Below are positions 51,835-64,000 of a DNA stretch of 64,000 nucleotides, piece by piece. The translations under genes were made by a program, and so were the position numbers. The stretch spans positions 213,094,001 to 213,158,000 of the forward strand of contig OZ024743.1 of the NCBI GenBank assembly GCA_964016885.1, written 5' to 3'. The stretch is from Eledone cirrhosa (taxonomy: Eukaryota). Position 1 is the first letter of the stretch, and each line of letters begins with the position of its first letter. Under the pieces are notes generated by a model. That model searched no databases and was not told where the DNA came from. It saw only the letters and a program-made list of their open reading frames with translations.

Positions 51835-52032
51835 CGAGCGTCGGTTGAAAAGTTCAATGGCTGACCAAGATATTCCCATGGAATGACTACGTGATGTTTG
51901 TTTTTCAAGATAGTCCCTGGAAAGAAACAATGCAATTATTATTAAGAAGAGTTGAAATTAATGCATGGAAGATTTCATAAATCTAGCATCACTCCTCCAT
52001 AGTCAGCCTATGAACATTTCCGTCGCCCCTCG
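51835..52032. mobile_element. Tc1/mariner-type MITE (family of 34150-34341, opposite orientation)
   Basis: TA-flanked CGAG.GTCGG.TGAAAAGTTC TIRs. Confidence 0.8.
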
Positions 52033-52144
52033 TATGTCTAGAGCTAATATATTACCAATATATCCTTATTTATTCAAGAAGATAGGGTGTGATTTAAGGG
52101 AGACTTTGGCTGATATTTCTGGCTGGCTAAGTGAGCATCTAGAG

Positions 52145-52422
52145 CAGTGATTCCCAACGTGGGACGCACATTTCCCCTCATTATATTCAAATTACCCACA
52201 GAGGAGCAATTTGAATATAATAGGGGGTAATTTGAAAGAGATATAATACGACCAAACTTCTTGTTTGCCAAGTTTTTAGCTTTGTTTAATTAAAGGATTT
52301 CTACTTTTTATTACAGTAATTACACTTTTACAAAACTCAGTTTGTTTTTATATCAAAGGGGGACGTAAATATTTTTTAGATGTTGAGGTGGGGCCTGGAG
52401 CAAAGAAGGTTGGGAACCACTG
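52145..52422. mobile_element. hAT (Charlie-type) MITE
   Basis: TIRs CAGTGATTCCCAAC / GTTGGGAACCACTG; perfect 8-bp TSD ATCTAGAG. Confidence 0.93.
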
Positions 52423-52529
52423 ATCTAGAGGTACAATGTTTTTATACTATTTTCACCCAGTAAATGACGTTAGCACAGTTACTAATTGCACAAAGAAAAA
52501 CGAAGTGATAATGTAAAGAACATTTAACT

Positions 52530-52674
52530 CTTGATGGAGTCGTAGGGGCACCCTCGTGACACACGATGTATCTTGGGTATTTTAAACATGACAGAGGCCG
52601 TCCCTCTGTAGGTCATAAAACAGCTGATTTCTTTCTTTTTTTCAGAGAGAGACACAGAGATGGAGAGAGAGAGA

Positions 52675-52748
<74 letters not shown>

Positions 52749-53053
52749 GAGAGAAAATCGATTTCAGTACTGTACTGGTAAATTTTCATTGACCTCAAAA
52801 GGATGAAAGGAAAAATTGACCTCGGTGGGTTTTGAAGTCATAAAGCCAAAACCAAAACAACAATACAACTCAGCCAATTCGCTGCCTATTGGCCAATATG
52901 TGGTGGTATGGTCCCGTAACTCCTGATAGAGTCGTAGGGGCACCGTATTGACATACATATTGACATACGGCGTTTCTTGGGTAGTTTAAGCCTGGCAGAG
53001 CCCATCCCTCTCCAGACCTGAATACAGCAGATTTCTTCCAGAGAAAGACAGAA

Positions 53054-53114
<61 letters not shown>

Positions 53115-53272
53115 ATTATAGAGGAATAATCGACCCCAGCACTAGACTAGTACTTTTTTATCGACCTCGAAAGGATGAAAGGCAAAGTTGACTTCGGCGG
53201 GATTTGAACTCAGAGAGCAGAGAGACGGAACAAATATCATAAAGCATTCTATTCGACGTTCTAACGGCTCAT
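52530..53272 (-). mobile_element. Two tandem long-tailed SINE copies with expanded (GA)n
   Basis: 52905-53272 matches 46440-46772; 52530-52890 is a more diverged relative. Confidence 0.75.
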
Positions 53273-53368
53273 TGGCCAATATAGTATTAGATAAAACAAA
53301 ATATGGGATGGTCACAGTAAGACTATCTTTCATTATAGGCCTGTTAGTTCAAGGTTGACCTGGAGCTA

Positions 53369-53475
<107 letters not shown>

Positions 53476-53820
53476 CATAACACTAATACAGCTATGAACA
53501 TCTCATCGACAGATAGAACTAATATCGCTATAAAGAAGGCACCGACAACGACCTTCTAGAAATAACAGCCAAAATCCCTCGTATTACCGTTCACAGTCTT
53601 AAAAAAGGATATATTTGATAATGTAAATTTGGGTTCCTTGCAGAGAGAAAGAAAATGAAAAATAAAATAAAAATGAAAAGGAAAACCTTTGATCATAATT
53701 CTGTTTGATCAGGGCTGACTCATGAGTAAGCAGCAGCAGCAGCAGCAGCAAGATATTGACCCCCCCCCCCACACACACACACAATCACACATACAATCAC
53801 ACATACAATCACACATACAA

Positions 53821-53856
<36 letters not shown>

Positions 53857-54119
53857 ATATACACGCATACAATCACACATACAATCACACACATACAATC
53901 ACACATACACACACAATCACAGACACACACATATACAATCACATACAATCACACACACACATGCAATCAGACACACACACACACACACACACACACAATC
54001 AAACACATACATATACAATCACACACACGCACACACACACATACATACACACACAATTACACGCAATCACACACACATACACGCACACATAACTATACAC
54101 ACACATATACACACACACT

Positions 54120-54165
<46 letters not shown>

Positions 54166-54319
54166 AACACGCACAGAGACATGCCAGAAAATCTAAGGCA
54201 AGAAGAAAGAAAGGAAAGAGAGAAAGACAAACAGACAGAAAAGAAATGTGAATAGAACTCGCTACAGTATATTGAATTAGTGTACTTGTCTGTCTGTCTG
54301 TCTGTCATGTCTGTCTGTC

Positions 54320-57300
54320 TTTGATAGTAGACGTCTTGCACATCGGCTCTTCGATTTGGAATCTTTACTTGGATTATTTGTGAGTGTATTATTTAAATTG
54401 TTTTTCTATTATTGACTCTAACCCCTAGTCTGGGACTGTAGACGTAGGGTAAATATATTTTCACCCCTTTTGGGGTGAAAAAATATTTAATTCAAAATGT
54501 TCATCGATATCGTTGAAAACGAGGAAGCCATATTGGAAGCTAACGCCACGCCTACCAAAAAAAAGCGAAAAAGAGGGAACAACAATTCAAACTGTTGAAC
54601 CGCCCCTCCTCTCGAATGAAAAAAAGAATATTAATTCGAGTGAAAACATAAATTTTGAAGAAAAAAATAACAAGAAAATAAACACCACAAAAGATGAAAC
54701 CAACAACATTGCAACAACAAGCAACAAAGACAACAAAGACAACAACATTTCTTTTGCCCAAACGGTCAGGAAAGCTATCGAGTACAAGCCCATAGACATC
54801 ACAAACGTTAAGCAGAACTTGCTAAATGCCAGGAAATACATATCTTTTGGGGAGGATGGTTCTTCTACGATCAACTCCCCAGAAGAAGTTCGTCAACAGG
54901 TATATAGGAATACCATAACCTTCAGGACGATATCCAACACAACAAGAAAGCCAGCTGAATTGACAGAAAGTCAAATTGTGCTGGTGCTGAAAGACATAAA
55001 AGAAGACATACTCTTTTATTGAAAGAGGAAAGCTGTATGCCAGCATTATGGTCCGAATGAAGGACGAAATGCTGGCTCAAAAATGCTCGGTGGCACCTAT
55101 AGTGTCACCACAATACACCTTCTTCCCCACGTATAAAGGAAGAACTCAGAGACTAAGAATGTGGAGCTCAACGCCAGAAGTAAACATCTGGTCCGTCCTG
55201 ACAGGATTTACGGACCTAGAAAAGGACATCCTTATATCAGCAGGGGAGTCCACCAGTGGACTGTTCGGGGGGAAAAGTCTGGAGGTTCTCTTACAGATGA
55301 CACCTGAGAGAATCGCCGGAATACCCGACCGAGTCCTACTGGATGGGCGAACCTTTATCAATATTACGGTGGAAGGCAGGAGACCCTCATGTTACCACTG
55401 CGCTGGAAGAGGTCAGCTGAGGACGGCCTACCCTCTACTAACAACAAAAAAACCACTGCTACAAACACCACAACAACAACAAAAACAACCAGCACCACCA
55501 CCACAAAAACAACAAAATACACTACCATCACCACCACAACGACAACAAAAACCAACAACACCACCTCCACCACCACAACAACAACATCAACAACAGCTCA
55601 AGAAAACAACCCAAAACACGGTCACACCCAGCCCCTCCCCACAGAACACAAATACAAAAACACACGCAGTTCATACACAACCTGGAAATATACCCCTCCC
55701 CTCCAATACGGAAGAGGAGCTCATATCGTCGGAAGACGAGGGGGCTCCCTTCCAAAAAGTGAAAAGGAGAAAACGTACACACACCACACAAACAAAAATA
55801 ACCCCACCTGACAACACAACACAGACAACAAAACGCAAGCTCACTCAAGAACAACAAGCAAAAACAAACACAACAACACAAAAACTCTACACATACATAA
55901 ACAAAAACAATAAAAACTTAACAAAAAAATAGAAAACAACCCTTCGGTACAAACCGAAGGGCCGAATTTTGCAATGGCAATGGGACTCCCTAACCTGAAA
56001 ATGGTGAGAGTCCCACTTGACATTTTCAAAACATTGAAAAACATTTACCCTGAGGACGTGGGGCCACCCTGCACCAGGCCACTCAACCGCGTCCTCCTGA
56101 AAGGTTTTTCCCTCCCCTCCTCAAACACCCACACAATTCCAAACACCCCAACCCCTCTACACACTAATACCCCCACACCACCACAAACCACCACCCACCC
56201 AACAACCCCTCCACCAGCCCCATGGAAACTGAGCACCCTGGGACGCAGAGAGGTAAGTGCCTCTTTCTTTGCCACCAACATGGCTGTGTTAAGAGTAGGT
56301 TGTCTAAATGCCCGTGGCCTGGGCTCACCTTGGAAGCAAGCTAAACTTCTAAATGACCCCAGGTCACAATGTATAAATGTGATGGTTATTTGCGAGGCCC
56401 GGATCAGCAGCGTGCGACAGCTAGCCCCCACCTTTGATGACTTTGAGATGCACGCATCTCTCTGTCAGCCCAGAGGTGGGGGTGGGGTTGTAGTTCTGCT
56501 GCAAAAACATCTGGGTCTCGCTACACAGACGGTACACTTGGACCCGGAGGGTCGACTCGTGATTCTGGACTTTGGCAGTGGTGAAGGCGAAGCTTTTAGG
56601 CTTGTCGCCGTATACGCCCCTTTTGGGACAATGCGCTCGGACTTCTTCCATCGTCTGGAGACTTTTCTAGGGACGTCCCGCTCCTTGCTTTTAGTGGGGG
56701 ACTGGTATGGTATCCTAGATGCACGTTGGGACTATGTAAGGGCATGTCCCGATAGAGGGGGTGTAACAGCCTCAAGGGGTTAATCGGCCGATTTGACCTG
56801 GCCGATAGATATCGACTAGATTTTCTGACTGTGCCAACCTGGACTTGGTCAAATAACAGTGGTCAATCTAGATCGTACCTAGATAGATTCTTAGTTAGAA
56901 TTAAGGATAGGGACTTTTTAAGTTGTCCAGAAATGCTCATGGTGGGCTATTCAGACCACAAGTTAGAGACCTGCGTCGTCCACCTTGATAGAACGCATAG
57001 GCAGGGACCCGGTTACTGGAAGCTCAACTTGTCCTTACCGGCAAGTAGAGCTTACAGGGACCGGATTAGAACCTTAGTTAAGGAGCGGTTGACGGGCGCC
57101 ATCGTCAACAGCAGGTGGTGGGGCTCTCTAAAAAGAGAGATTAGAGTAGTTTCAATATGAGTTAGTAAGGAGTTAGCCTCAGATAGAAATAGGAAGGAAA
57201 GGGAGTTGGTAGTTAATGTTGAAGAAGCAATGAGAAGCGGCAACGTGGCCAGAGTGCAAGCGTCGAGAACGGCCTTGAGCCAGTTCTTCGACGCGAAACA

Positions 57301-59850
57301 CGAAGGCTGCGTTGTCCGAAACAAAATACGTGCTCTGGAAAACGAGGGGACCAAAGCTGTTAGCTGGGCCCGCGTGACAGAAGCGAAAAGTGGGATTAGA
57401 TCCACTATCCGGTCTTTGCGAGACCAGGATGGACGGGTGATCCTTGAACCTAAGCAAATGTGCGAAGCCTTTCAAAGGCACTTTGCCCGATTGTTCGGGA
57501 GGGGCGGGGGGCCGGTTGGAGATGTGGATTTCGGTCCATACCTCGACGGCCTGCCGCGTCTTTCGGACAGGGAGGCGAGGTCCTGCGACGGGCCGATCTC
57601 AGCTGCTGAAATATAGGGACGTCCTGAACCTATGCGGCAAACGCAAATCTCCAGGGCTCGATGGTCTGCCCTACGAACTATATATTAATATGCCGGACTT
57701 GTTCCCCGATCTCCTCGAGGCGGTCTACTGCAACTGGCAACAGAACGGGAGAATTCCCTGTTCTGTGACCAAGGGCGTAGTCACGCTAGTGAGGAAGGAC
57801 GAGAACAAGGGGGATGACATTAGTAATTTTATGCCCATAACTCTGCTAAATGCAGAGTTAAAGATTTTGGCCAAGGTGTTAGCGAAGAGGTTGGCGCTAG
57901 TCGTGGGGGGCCTGGTGGGAGATGCGCAGACATGCGCTATCCCGTCCAGGTCCATCCACGACAACCTCCACCTCATACGATACATCATAGAGAGGGTTGG
58001 GAACGAACCCGGCTTTGGTGGGGCCCTGATAAATTTAGATCAGTCTAAAGCGTTCGATAGGGTGGACCATGGTTACCTGGATGCGGTGCTAGCGGCGGCT
58101 GGGTTCGGACCCGTTTTCAGGGGCTGGATCACTGCCATGTACAGCAGCCGCATCTGCTCTAGAGTCAAGGTGAACGGCTACCTCTCGGAGCCGTTCGAAA
58201 TCACCCGCTCCATCCGACAGGGGTGCCCTCTCTCCTCCCTTCTGTATGTATTGGCTCTCGAGCCACTACTGCGGAAGTTGGAGTTGTTGCAGGGCATCCC
58301 TTTGGAACCGGGATTGCGCAAAGTGGTGTCGGCCTACGCCGATGACGTAACAGTAATGGTGTCGACCACCGCGGAAATCGAGGCAATCGGCACCTTACTG
58401 GAGGAGTACGAAAGGTTGACAGGGGCTAAGCTGAACCGGGACAAGTCAGTCGCTTTGCAACTCGGCGAGTGGAGGGGCAAAGCGATGTCGTCCGACGGTA
58501 TCGTCGGACGGTGGACGGAGGGTCCGGTGAAGTTGCTAGGGGTCTGGTTCGGACCGGACCTCCAGGTGGAGAAAAACTGGGGTGAGGTGACGAATAGGGT
58601 GTTTGCACTGATCCAGAAGTCGGCCGAGTGCAAACTATCCCTGAAAGGTCGGGCGGAGGTGGCGAACGCTTACATAGCGTCCGTCATCTATTACCGCTTG
58701 ACTGTCGTGCCTTGCCCGGGTGAGATCCTCGCCAAAATGGAGCGCGCCCTCTTTTATTTCCTTTGGAAGAAGAGGTTTCCTCTGGTGAGGAGATCCATCT
58801 GCTGTCAACACCCTTTGAAAGGAGGGCTGGGGATGCCGTGGCTAAAAAATGCGTAAACACGCATTGAGGCTAAGGCACCTCCAGGTATTCCTCACCGGTC
58901 AACCGGTGTGGGCCCCGTTTGTGAGGCGAGCCTTCCCGAGGCTCGTCTCGCTCACCGAGTTGCAGTCCTGGGTGAAGCAACGACCGAGAAAACTGGGCGA
59001 CTGGCACACCGAGTGTGCCCATCGCTCATGGCTCTCTGGCAGGCGGACCCGGCTATCGATGGAGACTCCACGTCGTCATTCTATAGAGGGCTGGTGGTTA
59101 GCAGGTGCGACGACGCCCTCAGAGAAACCCTAGGCATGGAGGAGGACGAACTGGCCAGTCTATTCGGTAGGACTTTCGGCCCGGGACCTATGGACAACTT
59201 CCACAAGTCCTTGGCCTGGCAGCGCGACGAGGAAACCGTCGCGCACGCATTGGTGCACTGCCCGGGCGTTGCCGATCTGTGGGGCTATGTCGAACAACTG
59301 CTGTCACGGGTGGGACCAATTAGGTTGACCACCGAGTCCATTGTAACGATCAAGCCACTTTCCCCCTTCAAAAATGAAGGAGAAGCGGTCTTCCTCTGTG
59401 GAATAGCCATGGTAAAAGAGGTTATATGGTGGACGCGTCTGAAAGGGCTGAGGTCGGACACCTTTCTTTCCGGCCAACAACTGGTCCTTTTCTTCCGATA
59501 CCATTTCGGAAGAAGGATCAGGATGGAGAGAGAGGTGCTCCACTCCACCCAGTTTTATGAAAGGTGGGTGAAAGTGGCGAGAATGGCCCGTGTGAATGGG
59601 CCTTCTCTCTACCTCAGCCTGTAGGTGGAAAAGGAAGAAGGGAGCACCCTCTCTTTGTGCTCCCGTGGAGAAGGGTCGCACATTTTTTTTCGTGGGTGTG
59701 TGTGACCCCAAAACGACCCCTCCCTATTGAGGACCTTCTTGTTACAATTTTATTTATTACATTTTTCTTACTCGATTTTTATGTAAACTCCCCCCACCCA
59801 TGTACATGTCCCTTTCTTTTGTGCCCTAGTGGCAAATAAACAGAAATTTG
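54320..59850 (+). mobile_element. Second near-full-length decayed L1/Tx1-clade LINE
   Basis: ORF1 about 54513-56256 (RRPSCYHC knuckle), ORF2 56280-59624, 3' end GTGGCAAATAAAC; (TCTG)n on both flanks. Confidence 0.95.
56280..59624 (+). pseudogene. Tx1 ORF2 (APE + RT), disrupted
   Basis: MAVLRVGCLNARGL, VAVYAP, SYLDR, SDH, KSPGLDGLP, DQSKAFDRV, RQGCPLS, AYADDV, GGLGMP, ETVAHALVHC. Confidence 0.96.
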
Positions 59851-60094
59851 TCTGTAGGTCTGTCTGTCTCTCTGTCATGTGTGTCCGTCTGTCTGTCTGT
59901 CAGTATGTGAATGTATGTATGTATGTTTCTCTTTCATGTATGTGTATGTATGTATGTATGTGTGTATGTATGTATGTATATATGTATGTATGTATGCATG
60001 TTTGTATGTATGTATGTATGTATGTATGTATGTATGTATGTATGTATGTATGTATGTATGTATGTATGTATGTATGCATGTCTGTCTATGTTAT

Positions 60095-61070
60095 ATCTCT
60101 TTCTCTTAATTTCGAGTATAGCTTTTTGACCGGCCACCTTCCTGGTGGCAAGGTAGTAAAAGAAAAGAAATTGTCATCCCTTGAATCGCAAGAATATTTT
60201 GCAAATTTTAAAGGTGCCAGCTATCGCAGCCATTTGTAGACTATGAATTAGGGAGCTGCGCTTTTTGTCCGCAAATCCAAGTTCAGTCATACTTTGATCC
60301 AAGCGGGTTGGTATATAACCCGTAGCTCCAATAATGATGGGTATGAAGCTAAAGGTGTATCTTGGATACTGGATTTGTAAACTCCTCATCAATGGTCCGT
60401 AGATGTCCTCCTTCTCCTGTATTTTTCTGACAACGTTTACATCAAGTGGGCAGCTGATCTCCACAACAGAACACGTATTCAATGTGTGGTCTCAAACAAC
60501 AATATCAGGCCGGTTGTGCTTTAATTTGGTGGCAGTTTTTATTTTCAGGTTCACCAGTATTCCTTAGTGCCATCTGTCTCAATATATTCTTCCTCGTTTG
60601 TTGTTAATTTTGTTTTCCGAAGTGCGTTCCAGATGGTCCTAGCTATCCCATCGTGTCTCATGGGGAGGTAGTAGCGAGATGACATTCTTTCGCAGCTGGC
60701 AACAATGTGGCTTACATCCTCGATCTTTGTTTTACATAGCCTACATTTATTGTCAGCTGCCGGCCCTCCTCTTTTGTGCAGCAGATATTTGGTAGGGAGT
60801 TCTTGTTCCTGTATTGCATAGAGATATCCCCCAAGGTGTGATGTCATAAACTTGTCGGAACTCCATGCCAGGCTTTTTGAGTGGTTTATCCCCTCTATGG
60901 TCTGTGTTTTACGCCTCAAGTATCCATGCACAACTTTTTCTGTAAATTGGTCAATTTTTTAATCTTGTTTGAACATTGAATAGGATCTCTCGATTTCTCT
61001 GGGTGAGAGATTTATATCAGGCTTTATTCCATATCTCTCCTCCAGATCAGTCGCTATTCTAATGATATTT
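60095..61070 (-). mobile_element. R4/Dong family B 3' fragment
   Basis: AIQEQE, CRLC...EDVSHIVASC, RHD, RPDIVV, VEISCP, IIIGATG, LQMAAIAGT; long (TATG)n on both sides. Confidence 0.9.
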
Positions 61071-61960
61071 TTTTTTTTGTATGTATGTATGTATGTATGT
61101 ATGTATGTATGTATGTATGTATGTATGTATGTATGTATGTATGTATGTATGTATGTATGTATTTTTGCATGTATGTTTGTATATCTGTCTATGTATATAT
61201 GTGTGTATGTTTGTGTGTGTGTATGTATGTAGGTATCTATGTGTATGCATGTATGTATGTATATATATGTAAGTATGTATCTATGCATGTGTTTATGTAT
61301 GTATATGTATGTAAATAAATGTCTACATAAACATACATATATGTGTATGTGTATGTGTGTGTATATGTGTGTGTCTCTCCCTCAGTCTACATGCACAAAC
61401 ACAAACACACATACACACACACATGTGTATGTGTCACACACACACACATACATATGTGTGTGTGAGAGTTTCTCACACACCCTCATATATATATGTGTGT
61501 GTGTGTCTCTCAGTTTTTATATTTGTTTATACACACACACACACCCATCCCCACTCTATATATGTATGTGGACGTGCGTGTGTGTCGTTAGCGGAATAGC
61601 TTCGTTGTTGAGATCAAAAAGAAAATGACAATTTCTTCCAAGCGTTCTTTCGTTATTGTGTTATATAGATTTTAGCCTTGGTTCAAAGGTGGTGACATTA
61701 TTAGCTTTTGTTGTCTCCTCTAGAGAATCAATAGTTTATTGAAGTAGTGTTGATGTAATTCTCTACTGCTCTGCTGCTGTACTGATCTACTACTGCTGCT
61801 CTTCTGAAATTCTCTTACTGTATTCAACACTGTAAATTATTCGTACGTCGTCGGGATTGTTTGCAAACGGCCATCTTATACGCGGCATCTAAGCAGCCAG
61901 AGGTCTTAATTACGTTACGTACGTTGAAACAAGCTAAACTCTCTTGTGTGTACATGTATA

Positions 61961-62164
61961 CGAGGGTAGGCTGAACAGTTTTTAAAGGAGTGATGCTAGA
62001 GATGCGAAATCTTGCATGCATATATTTCAGCTCTTCTTATTAATAACTGCATTGTTTCTTTCCAGGGACTATATTGAAAAAATATGCCTTATTTAGTCAT
62101 TCCATGAGAGTATCTTAGTCAGCCTATGAATTTTTCAGCCTATGAACTTTTCAGCTGATTCTCG
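61961..62164. mobile_element. Tc1/mariner-type MITE (family of 34150-34341)
   Basis: TA-flanked CGAGGG...CTCG with a shared internal sequence. Confidence 0.8.
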
Positions 62165-62169
62165 TATGT

Positions 62170-62445
62170 ATGCTGGACCTCTGTCGATTCCAACGACGAA
62201 TGTTTCAGTTGTTCGATCAACCGAATAGTCAGCTCGTGAAATGAACATGGAAGTGGCTCTGTATTTCATAAACACATAGTCTCTAAGTAGATTCAGCATG
62301 GCACAGTGTGTGATGAGGCTGCCCCTTGAATTACAGGTACAACTAGCTCTTTCCATCCGAGTGGACTGGAGGAAAGTGAAATAACGTGTCTTGCTCAAGG
62401 AAACAAGGTGGTACCGGGAATCGGACTTACGACTGAACGATAGCG
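62170..62445 (-). mobile_element. Second SINE family (CORE-like CCTTGAGCAAGACAC motif), diverged
   Basis: GTGTCTTGCTCAAGG at about 62387; related pieces at about 25630-25860, 49020-49350 and 50618-50725. Confidence 0.65.
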
Positions 62446-62467
62446 TATGCATACATACATACATACA

Positions 62468-62835
62468 TTGGGGCACTGGGATATGTTAGTAACTGCCTCA
62501 ATATAAATCTTGAGAAGCTAGGCTTCACAGGAACAGAAAGAACACAACTAGTTAGGAAATTACAAGTACAATCCATTAATTGAACAGAAAAAATATGTAA
62601 AACATTCCAAAAATGTTGCATCTAATAACTGCCTATACACATGTACAGATGAAAAGCATACAACTCAAAACATCCACATCCACACATACAATAACATCTA
62701 TATCTACACATGCATGCATACATACATATCTACCTAGTTGATGTGTAAATTCCAATGAGAAAGTCTTGTGGCTATGTTAGAAACCGACTCATTCTCTATT
62801 GGTAAAACTTTGTGAAATTATAAAACCAGAAGAAC
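62468..62835 (+). mobile_element. R4/Dong family A 3' end
   Basis: IGALGYVSNCL..NLEKLGF...KLQVQSI; reverse complement of 2075-2480; flanked by (CATA)n. Confidence 0.8.
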
Positions 62836-62878
62836 AAACATACATGCAAACATACATATATATATTCATATGTAAATA

Positions 62879-62976
<98 letters not shown>

Positions 62977-62982
62977 ACACAC

Positions 62983-63046
<64 letters not shown>

Positions 63047-63058
63047 TATATTTGTATG

Positions 63059-63091
<33 letters not shown>

Positions 63092-63122
63092 GCATACATA
63101 CATACATACATTCATATATAAA

Positions 63123-63728
63123 TGGTGGCTGCCAACTCGTTTTCGAGTACGGCCACTACTTTATATCCATGTAGGAGAACCTCTACCGATGCGCTGAACG
63201 AGTGTGACTTTTTAGTCCAGCCAGCGACTTGAAAACTCTGGTACAAAGACTACACTTGTGACCATTATTGACACATAGTGCAGGGCCCATGGTACCATGT
63301 GATGACAAGTGCAGAGAGATATCCAGATATAAAGCAATGCCTGTGCCGTGAAGCTTTTATAGTGAGCAAAGGCACTGCACAAAGCCAGTCCCACTCTCTT
63401 AACCAACATGATATTTACCAAAAAGAAGAACAAGTCAACATCATTGGATACCATCAGGGTTGCAGGTGTTATATCAGAGTTTTCCTTCTCCTAGAATTCT
63501 GCCTTGACAAAGGCTAAGAGGTCATCTCTCCCAGTGATTTGGGATGGCCATTGACTCTTAAGAGCTCCCTTGCCCTTTGACAGGTTTTGTTTTTAGTCCT
63601 GCAGGATGTCCAAAGTCACCCTCCTCACCAAGAAACCTTGGTGGGGTTGCCAGTTTAGTCGCCAACGACCCGACCATAAGACAGGTTGTACTGGGATACA
63701 TGTTACCAGTAGCACCAACTGGTGACCT
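63123..63728 (-). mobile_element. Non-autonomous RTE-derived element, copy 4
   Basis: High identity to 19495-20092. Confidence 0.8.
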
Positions 63729-63787
63729 CATATATAAATACGTACATACATACAAACATACAAACATACATATATATATACATACAT

Positions 63788-63972
63788 AATTGTTTCTACT
63801 TTTGGCACAAGGCCAGCAATTATTCCAGTATATTTCTGGTACTTTATTTTATCGACCCCGTAAGGATGAAAGGCAAAGTTAACCCCGGCAGGATTTGAAC
63901 TCAGATCGTAAAGGGACATAACTATGCTGGAAAGCATGTCCGACACTCTACCGATACTGCCAATTCACCGCC
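63788..63972 (-). mobile_element. Short SINE subfamily copy
   Basis: Matches 13312-13495. Confidence 0.88.
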
Positions 63973-64000
63973 CTTATATATACATACATAATGACTGTCG

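Overview
AT-rich eukaryotic DNA with dense microsatellites and transposable elements; I see no intact host gene. The abundant tRNA-head SINEs with the core GCCTTTCATCC..GGGGTCGATAAAATAA.GTACCAG, plus (TA)n, (CA)n and (TATG)n tracts, suggest an octopus (coleoid) genome; this is recognition from memory, not a search. Contents: two decayed near-full-length L1/Tx1 LINEs (6525-12120, 54320-59850); several R4/Dong-type LINE 3' fragments sitting in (CATA)n; a deleted CsRn1-like Gypsy element with a tRNA-Trp PBS; a full-length decayed hAT nested inside a hAT MITE; a Penelope element with inverted pseudo-LTRs; an inverted pair of hammerhead ribozymes; four copies of a ~600 bp non-autonomous RTE-derived element; a 3.3 kb 35-bp minisatellite that seems to have grown out of a mariner transposase; a 1.47 kb foldback palindrome; and many MITEs and SINEs. 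The most surprising signal is two degraded minus-strand segments (~41715-43890 and ~49420-51030). Their hand translations show motifs in the order expected for a Mononegavirales-like L polymerase, so they are candidate endogenous negative-strand RNA virus fossils. That call rests on manual motif matching and needs a profile search.
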